Of a stretch of DNA of 40,887 nucleotides, positions 30,600-39,094 are shown one piece after another (the first letter of the stretch is position 1; the number at the start of each line of letters is the position of its first letter). The translations under genes and the position numbers were made by a program. Below the pieces are notes generated by a model. That model made no database searches. It was not told where the DNA came from and was given only the letters and a program-made list of their open reading frames with translations. This DNA comes from Bacteroidales bacterium. GTDB taxonomy: Bacteria; Bacteroidota; Bacteroidia; Bacteroidales; UBA3824. The stretch spans positions 1 to 40,887 of the forward strand of contig JAGCNK010000207.1 in assembly GCA_017645985.1 (NCBI GenBank). Reading direction: 5' to 3'.

Positions 30600-33572
30600 T
30601 TACAACTTCCACAGCACGTCAACTTTCCACTTGGATTTTACCGACTGTTTTCGCGGATATTCCACCACCCGTTCGGGATATTCGTGTTTGAGATAGTCGC
30701 CGGTGTCCCATTTTTTGTTTGAGTTGCGGTCGTGAATTATTTTGAGAGTGTAGTCGGCAGGCAGAATGTAGTCGAACACCACCTTGCCGTCGCAAGTGGC
30801 TGTTTTTGAATAAAGTACGTTGCCGTTGTCGTTGCATAGGCAAACGATGAGAAATCCTTTCGACAATGCAGTGTAGTTGGCTGTGGAGTCGGTGACCAGA
30901 GGCGCACGCTTGCGCACACGTACACGGGCGGTGTCCACGTCCTTAAAGGGCGGAAGGTCCTCGTCGATGTCGGGATAATGCTCTATGTTGCCGGTGTTTA
31001 TCAGGTTGATGGTCATACTGCCGTAGTAATCGTCTTCACGGATTTTGCCCTTGCTGCTGAAATAGAGGTTGGGCGTGTTGAGAATGCTTGTGAACACCGA
31101 GTCGTCAACCACCAGCTCGTATTCTTTGGCTGCTTCCCAGTTGTATTTGATAAGCTTGTCGCGCAGGTGAAGAGTGTCGTCGATAAGTTCGTACTTAACA
31201 GGTATGCGCAGAAGAGCGCTTATCTGCTTTTTCTGGTTCTCGGCTTGTTCTTTCTGAGCCTCGAGACCCAGTTCGCTGCGGCGACGGCGGTCGGTGCGCT
31301 GTGCCTGGTTGGTTTGCTCCACAGGTTTGAGCGACATTAATGTGTCGGTTTGCAGCCTTTCGTTTTCAAGACGGTCGATCGTGAGATATGAAATCGAGTA
31401 GCGGAGTGTGTCTTTATTTGCGGCAAAGTCGTTGAGCGCCACTGTCATAGTGTCTCTTTTTTCCGACAGCTGGATGTTGTACCATGACGTGTTGTAGTCG
31501 GTGTCGGTGAGCTTGAGCACCGGACGGTCTTTGAGCGGATATGCGAATACAAATTGCATAGTGTCGGCCGAGATGCGCTCGGTCTTCTTGATTTTCTGCA
31601 TTTTAACGTTGTACATCGCAAAAAGCGTGTCCTTGAATGTGCGTTCGGTTATCTTGCCGCTCTTTTTTGACAAAATGTAACGGTCGAAAGTTGTGAGCTT
31701 TATGGCAAGTGTGTCTTTAAACACGGCGGCGGTGTCGCGAAGAATGATGGTCATATTGTGACCGTCGGGATAGGTCTCGTACCACGGGTCGTAAGTGGTT
31801 GACACATTGATGGCTGAGAGTTCCACATCGCGCACTGTAGGCTTTTCGAATACGATTTTGATGCTGTCGCGCGAGGGACGTTCGTATTTCAGCATTTTTT
31901 GCGGCACAATGGTGGTGGGCACGGTGTCGCGCAGTTTCTGCACCTCGCCAAGGTAATACTCGTTGTAATATTTGAGCATATTTTTGAAGTTGCCTTTCTT
32001 GGCTATGCAGGTGTCGTTGATGGTGATGTCCACGGTGTCGCGCTCCTGGCTGTAATTGGCTGTGAACCAGTTTTTATCCACCACAGTGTCGGTGGGGTAG
32101 AAGATGATGTCGCCTTTGATACCACGTTTAAACACCAGTCGGAAATGCGTGCTGTCTAAACGTACCGCTTTCAGCAGCTTTTGGTTCATATCGTCGTCGA
32201 ATGCGCTGTCGCACAGCTGGTAAACGTGAATTTTGGAGGTGTCGATTTTTACTGTGGGAATAGGCAGCTGAATGCTTGCCAGTCCGTTTTGGTCAAAGTC
32301 GCCGTTGAAGTTTGACTTGACAGTAAAATTGAGCGAGTCGATAGGCGGCTTGGCGTTGGCCTTGTCTTTCTTGTTGTCGCCTTGTTTGGCCTTTTTTGCC
32401 GAATAGCGCAGACGCACTGTGTCGGTTTCGGTGGTGGGATTCTGCAGCGAGTCGATAGTGGAGAATGTGACACGCAGTTGCAGCGTGTCGTTGCGCACGT
32501 CGGCGGTGTCGAGCAGCCAGACATAGAGGCTGTCGCGGTTGTAGTTGAAGTCGTAAACCATCTGTGGCGATTTGAGCGTGTCTTCAACGTAAGTGATTAA
32601 CACAGTGTCGCGTTCTACCGACTTGTTGAAACTTAGCAAAAACCTTGTTCGGAGGTCGCGCTGACGTTCCGAAATATATTGTACGGTTTTAATCTGGTTG
32701 AACGAGAACAGCGTGATGTTGTTAGGCGTGGTGTAGAGGATGTTTTGAATAATGACAGTGTCGTTGAGCAGTGTGTCGATTATGCGGTGCTTGGGGTCGC
32801 CTGTGTGAAGCACAGTACCGGCGGGAAGCGAGTCGATTTTTGTAACTGTCTGAGCCTCTGGCTCTATCACTGTGTTGATGTAACCAATTTTCTCGTCTTC
32901 AAGGTCAAACTTCTGTGATTCGTTGATATCTTTGAGAACGAAAATCTTGTAACGTCCTGGTGCGATGTTTCTTACTGAGAATTTTCCGGCGGTGTCGGTT
33001 CGTGTTATGTAGTTAGGCTTGTATTTTATCACGCACGAATCTTCGCCGATAACGTTCTCTGAGTATAGTCCCACGAGGATGTCTTCTTCTTTGGCAAGTG
33101 TTTCGGCGTCGCGCACTGTTCCGCTGATGGCAAACGAGTCGCAAACTGCGGCGGTGGAGAACACAAAGTCGAAATTTGGATCGTGGTTGCCTTCGTGATA
33201 GTCATGAATACAGTCGAAAAACTGCAATGTGTATGTGGTGTCGTCGCGGAGAGGCTCTTTGAACTTGACGATGATTTTTTTGCCGCGTTCCTTGATCTTG
33301 GGAGCTTTTTCAAACTGCGGTGGCGACATTAGAAATTTCTGGTCGATTTTTTCGAGAGTGAAAAACTCGTTGAATTTCATTTTTACCTTTTTTTTGTGAA
33401 AGTCGCCCGAATACATTTTTGGTTTTGAGTGTTTGAGCACGGGCGGATCTTCGTCTTCGTCGCCGCCTTCGATGTTTCCCATCTGGGCGCAAGAGTACAT
33501 CAGCACCGCAGTAAAAGCCATTACTACGGCTGTTCTGATTGAAAATATTAATTTGTTTTTGTCAATAATCAT
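30600..33572 (-). CDS. Large lipoprotein with an N-terminal SbsA/Big_5-type Ig-like domain and a DUF2141-like C-terminus
   Basis: Lipobox AVLMYSC. The segment PPVLKHSKP...KMKFNEFFTL...MSPP...DDTTYTLQFFDCIHDYHEGN follows the Big_5 pattern. The C-terminus GKVVFDYILPADYTLKIIHDRNSNKKWDTGDY resembles DUF2141. I prefer the start at 33572 (MIIDKNK). Confidence 0.7.
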   Translation of the reverse strand: MIIDKNKLIFSIRTAVVMAFTAVLMYSCAQMGNIEGGDEDEDPPVLKHSKPKMYSGDFHKKKVKMKFNEFFTLEKIDQKFLMSPPQFEKAPKIKERGKKIIVKFKEPLRDDTTYTLQFFDCIHDYHEGNHDPNFDFVFSTAAVCDSFAISGTVRDAETLAKEEDILVGLYSENVIGEDSCVIKYKPNYITRTDTAGKFSVRNIAPGRYKIFVLKDINESQKFDLEDEKIGYINTVIEPEAQTVTKIDSLPAGTVLHTGDPKHRIIDTLLNDTVIIQNILYTTPNNITLFSFNQIKTVQYISERQRDLRTRFLLSFNKSVERDTVLITYVEDTLKSPQMVYDFNYNRDSLYVWLLDTADVRNDTLQLRVTFSTIDSLQNPTTETDTVRLRYSAKKAKQGDNKKDKANAKPPIDSLNFTVKSNFNGDFDQNGLASIQLPIPTVKIDTSKIHVYQLCDSAFDDDMNQKLLKAVRLDSTHFRLVFKRGIKGDIIFYPTDTVVDKNWFTANYSQERDTVDITINDTCIAKKGNFKNMLKYYNEYYLGEVQKLRDTVPTTIVPQKMLKYERPSRDSIKIVFEKPTVRDVELSAINVSTTYDPWYETYPDGHNMTIILRDTAAVFKDTLAIKLTTFDRYILSKKSGKITERTFKDTLFAMYNVKMQKIKKTERISADTMQFVFAYPLKDRPVLKLTDTDYNTSWYNIQLSEKRDTMTVALNDFAANKDTLRYSISYLTIDRLENERLQTDTLMSLKPVEQTNQAQRTDRRRRSELGLEAQKEQAENQKKQISALLRIPVKYELIDDTLHLRDKLIKYNWEAAKEYELVVDDSVFTSILNTPNLYFSSKGKIREDDYYGSMTINLINTGNIEHYPDIDEDLPPFKDVDTARVRVRKRAPLVTDSTANYTALSKGFLIVCLCNDNGNVLYSKTATCDGKVVFDYILPADYTLKIIHDRNSNKKWDTGDYLKHEYPERVVEYPRKQSVKSKWKVDVLWKL

Positions 33573-33611
33573 CTTAATTGCGCAATTTTTGATATTTTTG
33601 GCAAAGAAAAC

Positions 33612-33645
33612 AAAAAAACGGCATTTATCGGCTAACAAAATGCCG
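33612..33645 (-). promoter_or_regulatory. Terminator-like hairpin plus U7 in the putative 5' leader of the large lipoprotein gene
   Basis: The minus strand reads CGGCATTTtgttagccgatAAATGCCG followed by TTTTTTT (8-bp stem, 11-nt loop). It sits 40 nt upstream of the ATG at 33572 and downstream of a TACTTTTG box. Confidence 0.4.
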
Positions 33646-33679
33646 CAATAATCAGGATTTCACAATTTGTTAAAAACAG

Positions 33680-34648
33680 ATGGACAAAAGTAGCTGTTAT
33701 ACACCGCTTTGCGAAATGTTTGCAACGGTGGCTCAAAAAGAGAAAAAAAATATCGTGGCTCCGCTGAAACTTGTGAAGGGCGGACTCAGGTTTGTGGCTT
33801 TTGCCAAAACCAAGGCAGAAACCGCCGCCGCCGAAACCATCCACCGCTTTGCGCCTAACCTGGTGTACGGTGAAAAGGTGTATATCGCTGCCAAAGGCGG
33901 AATCAGGGCACTGTTCTCGTTTGGAAGTATTGCCACCAAAGAGTCTCCAGATGTGTTTAGAGACGGTGTTTCGCTAACTCCGGGCTTTACGCTTAAGTCG
34001 GCTCCCGCTTATCGTGTCAATTATTCGCGGTTGTGGGTGGCTGCTCTGCGCACGCTGAAACAGATGGGCTGCGAAATCTCTTATTCCGAAAAATCTACTC
34101 CCGAGGTGGGCTACAAGCCGGTTACGATTATGGAGGGTGTTTTCCGTCAGTCGCCGATTAAGAAGACCGTGATTATTCCGCTCGACGATGCTGAAATTAT
34201 GCTTATGAACCGTGGCGACACCTTTTATATAATAGGCAACAATATTTGCGACCAACAAAAAATTGTGACCACAGTTAACAGCGTGCTCACAAACGCAAGT
34301 GTCTATCTCAAAAACTTTAAATCTATTACCACGCTGAATATCAGCGAGTCGGAACGGTTGTTTGAATCGTGGCTTCAAGGTGTGGATGCCGACAAAGTGA
34401 GTCTCAACGGCTGTGCTTTTGAATTTTCGCCATCAGCTGCCGACGTTATCGGCTACTCTGATATGAAGTATGACGAGGTTAAGCGTATGGATATAAGTGT
34501 CAACAGCTTTAAGAATGCGGTTTTTGACTTCGGCACCAATATCGACACCATAATAGAACAGACCTACGACCTTTATTCGGAGTATCACAAAGGTCAGGCG
34601 GCTTTTGACGCAGCGGTGGAGAAGTGGGTAGGAGAGGAGCTTGACTAA
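33680..34648 (+). CDS. Hypothetical cytoplasmic protein
   Basis: 322-aa ORF with ordinary amino-acid composition. No signal peptide and no motif I recognise. Confidence 0.5.
   Translation: MDKSSCYTPLCEMFATVAQKEKKNIVAPLKLVKGGLRFVAFAKTKAETAAAETIHRFAPNLVYGEKVYIAAKGGIRALFSFGSIATKESPDVFRDGVSLTPGFTLKSAPAYRVNYSRLWVAALRTLKQMGCEISYSEKSTPEVGYKPVTIMEGVFRQSPIKKTVIIPLDDAEIMLMNRGDTFYIIGNNICDQQKIVTTVNSVLTNASVYLKNFKSITTLNISESERLFESWLQGVDADKVSLNGCAFEFSPSAADVIGYSDMKYDEVKRMDISVNSFKNAVFDFGTNIDTIIEQTYDLYSEYHKGQAAFDAAVEKWVGEELD
33685..33692 (-). promoter_or_regulatory. -7 box TACTTTTG on the minus strand
   Basis: The reverse complement of caaaagta is TACTTTTG. It would give a leader of about 105 nt for the 33572 gene. 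It overlaps the first codons of the divergent plus-strand gene. Confidence 0.35.
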
Positions 34649-35844
34649 CGGATTCTGCGTGCCGGAATTATTGCTGCTACGAATCCTACAAGCGTTACGC
34701 CAACGAATGTGGCTACCACGTCCCAAAAGCGGATGTCGACAGGATAAGAGTCGATAATAAACGATCCGTCGGGAAACTCTATCACCCCGAAGTATTTCTG
34801 TATCAGGCACAACGCCAGACCAATCAATATGCCCGACACCGAACCGATAAGCGTGATGAGGCGTCCTGTGCCAACAAATATGCGGCGGATGAACACTGTG
34901 TCGGCTCCTATGTGCGACAGTGTTTCGATGTCGCCCTTCTTGTCGATGATGAGCATCGTGAGCGCACCGATAATGTTAAACGAGGCTATGATGAATATGA
35001 ACATCAGCATCACGAAGATGGAGAGCTTTTCGCTCTTCATAATTTTGTACAGAAGGTCCTGCTGCTGATAGCGGTTTTTCACGGTGAAGTCGCCGCCCAT
35101 AATGTCGCGAATTTCGGGAATGAGGTTGTCGGCGTCGAAACCTTCGTCGACAAATATCTCAATCGACGAAACCTCGTTTTTGGCATATCCCAGCAGCTCG
35201 CGTGCAAAGTCGATAGGCACGTAGACAAATTTGGAGTCGTAGTCTTGATGAATGTGAAACACTCCCGACGGCATAGCCAGTGCACTGTGAAAAGCCTCCT
35301 CGGGTATGAGCGTGATTCGGCTGTTGCGTATCGGCACATATATCTTCAGGTAGTGGAAACCATTGAGCACAACGTTGAGCTTGCCGGCTATGTCGCTGCC
35401 TATTACGCACATAGGCTCGTGAAACTGGTCGCGCAGCATAAATGCGCCCGCAAATGTGGCTTCAGCTACGCCGTTGCAGTGCACATAGTTTGAGTCCACG
35501 CCTTTGAGCACCGATATGTTCTGATGTTTCTCGTATTGAAACAGAGCTGTCTCTTCGATGTTTTCCACAAAGTATCTAACGCCTTTGAGGTTGATAATCT
35601 GCTGTTTCTTAACGCTGTCGACCACAAAGCTCTTGCCCTTGGCGGGTTCTATTTTGAGGTCGGGGTCCACCTGGTTGAGCAGGCTGCTCACCACCATGTC
35701 GAATCCGTTGAAAACCGAGAGGATAACAATCAGCGCGGCAGTCATTCCGCCCACTCCGAAAATCGAAATCTTGGTGATGATGTTTACCAAGTTTCGTTTT
35801 CCACCAAAAAGGTAACGTTTGGCAATGAGCAGCGGCAGGTTCAT
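34645..35844 (-). CDS. FtsX-like ABC transporter permease (LolC/LolE family)
   Basis: MNLPLLIAKRYLFGGKRNLVNIITKISIFGVGGMTAALIVILSVFNGF, a large periplasmic loop, and a C-terminal FtsX 3-TM bundle. Confidence 0.85.
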   Translation of the reverse strand: MNLPLLIAKRYLFGGKRNLVNIITKISIFGVGGMTAALIVILSVFNGFDMVVSSLLNQVDPDLKIEPAKGKSFVVDSVKKQQIINLKGVRYFVENIEETALFQYEKHQNISVLKGVDSNYVHCNGVAEATFAGAFMLRDQFHEPMCVIGSDIAGKLNVVLNGFHYLKIYVPIRNSRITLIPEEAFHSALAMPSGVFHIHQDYDSKFVYVPIDFARELLGYAKNEVSSIEIFVDEGFDADNLIPEIRDIMGGDFTVKNRYQQQDLLYKIMKSEKLSIFVMLMFIFIIASFNIIGALTMLIIDKKGDIETLSHIGADTVFIRRIFVGTGRLITLIGSVSGILIGLALCLIQKYFGVIEFPDGSFIIDSYPVDIRFWDVVATFVGVTLVGFVAAIIPARRIR

Positions 35845-35850
35845 AAGTTA

Positions 35851-36663
35851 TTATTTTACAGCCTTTACAATAAGTCCCGTGCCTGTGCGGTGCGTGGTGA
35901 CGGTGTCGATCCAGTCGAGCAGAAACGCCCAGGGGAATGTGACCAAATAATAAGGTATCAGCACAATGAACATCAGCTTGCTGAAATTGAGCATTGTGAT
36001 GGGCCATTTCATACTGAGACGCCAGGCGATGCTGCCCGGAGTGCCGTAAGAGTATCGTTTCTCAACCTTAGAGAATCCTGCGCGGAGCAGTTTCTGTTCA
36101 ATGTCGTCGATATTGTAGCCGTCGCGCACATGCTCGTCGATAAACGAGTGGTCGTCTTCGTCGTGCACATCGCTGCCGCCCTGGTCCGACGGGGTGGATA
36201 TTAGCAGCACTCCGCCTTTCTTCATACTCTGGCAGAGGTTGCTGAACACAAGTTCGTCCTCGAGGATATGCTCCATAACGTCGACCGACAGCACCAGGTC
36301 GTATTTTTCGGGGTCGGTATACTTGGTGAGGTCGGCGTATTGGAATTTTACACGGTCGGCGCGGTTTATCTTGCCAAAAAACTGGTTGCAGTCTTCGATC
36401 TGCTCCTCCTTTACGTCCACGCCGAGGATTTTGGCCTTGCGCAGATACGAGGAGATGAAGAAGCTGTATTGTCCGAATCCCGACCCTGCGTCAAGCACGT
36501 TGGCTTCGGCATTGCGGTTTTTGGAATAAAGGCTCTTGATTTCGCGCTTTATATACCACGCTCTAAGTAGAAGGATATCAAGAAGTTTGTAAAATATTTT
36601 GCGTAAAAACGGTGTCTTGTTGAAAACATTTCCGAGCGAGCGTTTAACGGGATCGTACTGCAT
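35851..36663 (-). CDS. Class I SAM-dependent methyltransferase with a hydrophobic C-terminus
   Basis: Motif I VLDAGSGFGQYS, then LGVDV and DVMEHI. Its start overlaps the rbfA stop by 1 nt (TAATG). Confidence 0.8.
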   Translation of the reverse strand: MQYDPVKRSLGNVFNKTPFLRKIFYKLLDILLLRAWYIKREIKSLYSKNRNAEANVLDAGSGFGQYSFFISSYLRKAKILGVDVKEEQIEDCNQFFGKINRADRVKFQYADLTKYTDPEKYDLVLSVDVMEHILEDELVFSNLCQSMKKGGVLLISTPSDQGGSDVHDEDDHSFIDEHVRDGYNIDDIEQKLLRAGFSKVEKRYSYGTPGSIAWRLSMKWPITMLNFSKLMFIVLIPYYLVTFPWAFLLDWIDTVTTHRTGTGLIVKAVK

Positions 36664-37022
36664 TATTGTTCGGAGTTAAGGTTCTTATCTTTGTTTAATA
36701 GCGAAGTGATGCGTTCGGCGTAGTCCAGAGTCTCGTCGGTGATGAAAAGCAGGTTTGGAATACGGCGCAGCTGGTGGCGCATTTTGGCTGCCAGCTCAAA
36801 ACGTATCTGCTTGAGGTCGGCGTTGATCTTGCCCATTGTCCTGATGCGTTTTTCGGTGGGAAAAATGCTGACAAAGATTCTCGCCTCGTCAAGGTCGGGT
36901 GTTACCCTCACTTCGGTAACAGAGATTATAACTCCCTGGTAATCGCCCTGATGTGTCAGGAAATATGAAGCCGCTTCTTTCTGAACCAGGCGGCTGATTT
37001 TGTTCTGTCGTGTGCTGTCCAT
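36663..37022 (-). CDS. rbfA: Ribosome-binding factor A
   Basis: RQNKISRLVQKEAASYF...ISVTEVRVTPDLDEARIFVS is a typical RbfA sequence. 119 aa. Confidence 0.9.
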   Translation of the reverse strand: MDSTRQNKISRLVQKEAASYFLTHQGDYQGVIISVTEVRVTPDLDEARIFVSIFPTEKRIRTMGKINADLKQIRFELAAKMRHQLRRIPNLLFITDETLDYAERITSLLNKDKNLNSEQ

Positions 37023-37044
37023 TTAAAATCAATTTGAAACGCCG

Positions 37045-37074
37045 CAAAGTTACAAATAATACCTAATAATCAAA
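37045..37074 (-). promoter_or_regulatory. Bacteroides-type promoter for rbfA (-33 TTTG, 18-nt spacer, -7 TAACTTTG)
   Basis: The minus strand reads TTTGattattaggtattatttgTAACTTTG, about 22 nt upstream of the rbfA ATG. Confidence 0.45.
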
Positions 37075-37088
37075 ACCCCCAATAATAG

Positions 37089-37457
37089 TTATTTTTTGGG
37101 TTTGATTACCTCGGCGGCGGCAAGTTTCATTCTTTCGAAGTATTCGTCGGCGGGCGACTTGCGCATGTGGTTTCTTGCCTGTATCTCCTTTATCGGGTTG
37201 TCGCTCTTGAATTTGATTTCCTGCAGACGTTTCTCCTCGGCGGCACGAGCCTCTTCGCGGCGTTTTTTCTCCTCGGGAGTCATTCCGCGTTCAAGGGTGA
37301 TGTGGTTGAGCGTGGCAGAGAAGTCGTTGAGGTTCTGTTTTTCGATAGTGCGCTCCTCTTCGTCGTCCGACTTGTTTTTTTTGAGCACGAACACCATGGC
37401 GGCTACGAATGCCGCTATGATGATAATCATTATACATGCGAATGCTGATCCGTTCAT
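37089..37457 (-). CDS. Single-TM protein with a charged K/E/R-rich C-terminal region
   Basis: N-terminal helix FACIMIIIIAAFVAAMVFVL, then KKNKSDDEEERTIEKQ...EEKKRREEARAAEEKRLQEIKF. Confidence 0.5.
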   Translation of the reverse strand: MNGSAFACIMIIIIAAFVAAMVFVLKKNKSDDEEERTIEKQNLNDFSATLNHITLERGMTPEEKKRREEARAAEEKRLQEIKFKSDNPIKEIQARNHMRKSPADEYFERMKLAAAEVIKPKK

Positions 37458-37466
37458 CTTTGAGTA

Positions 37467-38591
37467 TTATTTAAAAAAGTTTTTGAATATGTGACGTTTT
37501 CTCTTTTTCTTGTGCTGGTCTTTCATCCGTTTGTCGGTTTTCTTGTGGTGCTTTTTCATCTCTTTCATCTTCTTGGTGTCCTGAATCTGAAGAAGCGCCT
37601 TTTTGGCCTTTTTGTAGTGCTTGGCGTCGGCGATGCGCTGTTTGCGCTGCTCACGTTCCAGTTCGCGTTTCTCTTTGGTTTTGAGTTCGCCGCCGTGAGC
37701 CGCACGCAGGCGCAGTTCTTTCTTGCGGTCTTCTTCCGCCTTTACCTTCTGCTCTTTCTTGGCCTGTTTCTCGCGGATTTTTGCGTTCTTTTCGTGGTCT
37801 ATGTGTCCGTCGCCAGAGCTCTTTTTGAACTCCTTGGTGGCTTTCTTGATTTTTTTCTGCTTTTCGAGCTCCTCGGGCGTCAGGTCTTTTTTCTTTTTCT
37901 TCGCCTCCTTGGCGGCGGCTTTCTCTTCTTTCTTCTTGGCCTTCTTGTCCACCTCCTCGGGCTCGTCTACCACTACTTGCTTCTTGGGCGTGCGGTCAAC
38001 GTTTTCAAATTCGAGACTTTCGCCCTCGTTTACAAACTCGTCTTCGGTGCGGAAGTCGGCGTCGAGATCCTGCACTTCGTCCTCGTCGGTTTCGGGCAGT
38101 TTCTTTTTCTTTTTCTCCTTCTCTTTCTTTTTTTCTTCCTTGGCTTTCTGTTTCAGAGCCTTCTTGTCTTCCACGGCTTCTCCGTCTTCGCCTTTGGCTT
38201 CGGCTTTCTCTTTCTTTTTCAGGGCTTTCTGCTCTTTTTTGGAGAGTTCGGGTTCGCCGTTTTCGTCGAGTTCTGGCTCGGTTTCGGCTTTCTGGGCATC
38301 CTTGATGGCTTTCTTCTCGGCTTTTTCGGCGGCTTTCTTGTCTTTTTTCACCTTCTTCTTTTCCAGCTTGGCTTTTTTCTTCTTGTATTTTTTCGAGAGG
38401 CGTTTTTTCTTCTTATTAGAAAGACCTTTTTCGATCAAAAAACCGTCCTGAGAGTACTGACTGCCGCTTGGAGCCACGTCGGCGGAGGGGTTGAACTTGC
38501 CAAAGTCGGGCCCTTGCGCCTCAGCTACGCCGAGCGACGAAATGAGTATTATTAGCGATAAAAATATAGTTTTTATGTATGATGCCTTCAT
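37467..38591 (-). CDS. Signal-peptide protein dominated by K/E/A low-complexity sequence
   Basis: MKASYIKTIFLSLIILISSLGVAEAQG is followed by about 340 aa of KKKKRLSKKYKKKKAKLEKKKVKKDKKAAEKAEKK-type sequence. The coding strand is inferred from the signal peptide and from the operon partner 10 nt downstream. Confidence 0.55.
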   Translation of the reverse strand: MKASYIKTIFLSLIILISSLGVAEAQGPDFGKFNPSADVAPSGSQYSQDGFLIEKGLSNKKKKRLSKKYKKKKAKLEKKKVKKDKKAAEKAEKKAIKDAQKAETEPELDENGEPELSKKEQKALKKKEKAEAKGEDGEAVEDKKALKQKAKEEKKKEKEKKKKKLPETDEDEVQDLDADFRTEDEFVNEGESLEFENVDRTPKKQVVVDEPEEVDKKAKKKEEKAAAKEAKKKKKDLTPEELEKQKKIKKATKEFKKSSGDGHIDHEKNAKIREKQAKKEQKVKAEEDRKKELRLRAAHGGELKTKEKRELEREQRKQRIADAKHYKKAKKALLQIQDTKKMKEMKKHHKKTDKRMKDQHKKKRKRHIFKNFFK

Positions 38592-38641
38592 CTGAAATTT
38601 ATTTAATAATTTTGCAGCAAAATTACAATAAATAAAACGCT

Positions 38642-39088
38642 GTGAAAACTAAATTGTTATACATAGTTGTATTTTTTGGATTTCTGCTCGTTTCTTGCGG
38701 ACATTCGGAGCAGCCTGTGCCGTCGGTGAGCGTGGATTTCTATGTGCAGCTGTACGACGCAAGGTTCGCGGCGTTGCAGAATCCAGGCGGATGGTGCTAT
38801 GTTACAGGCGGATACAACGGTATTTTCATTTACAATCTCGACTGTACCACTTATTACGCCTACGACCGTGCTTGCCCGGCGTCGCAAAAGCACACCGCTC
38901 TGATTTACGACGAGAAAACCCACTCGCTGTGCCATACCGACACTGTGAACAACTGCAATACCAGATACAGCGTGCTGCTGCAGGGTGCTGTGCAGAGCGG
39001 CGACTCAAAATATCCGCTGAAAAAATACGCCGCGCGTAGGGTGGGCGACCGTCTGCATGTGGTCAACGAAGAATACTATTTAGATTAA
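38642..39088 (+). CDS. Cys-rich hypothetical lipoprotein
   Basis: GTG start. Lipobox FLLVSCG. Eight further cysteines (for example CYVTGGYNGIFIYNLDCTTYYAYDRACP). No family recognised with confidence. Confidence 0.55.
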   Translation: MKTKLLYIVVFFGFLLVSCGHSEQPVPSVSVDFYVQLYDARFAALQNPGGWCYVTGGYNGIFIYNLDCTTYYAYDRACPASQKHTALIYDEKTHSLCHTDTVNNCNTRYSVLLQGAVQSGDSKYPLKKYAARRVGDRLHVVNEEYYLD

Positions 39089-39094
39089 TATATA

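Noticed and set aside
37491-38555. 354-aa and 242-aa plus-strand ORFs (F/L/G-rich and S/F-rich) opposite the K/E-rich gene
   Set aside because: They are mirror images of AAG/GAA/AAA-rich codons. The minus strand has a signal peptide, a proper start and a tightly coupled downstream gene.
37467-38591. K/E/A-rich protein as a TolA homolog
   Set aside because: Only the compositional bias is similar. There is no recognisable TolA domain III and no tolQ, tolR, tolB or pal neighbours.
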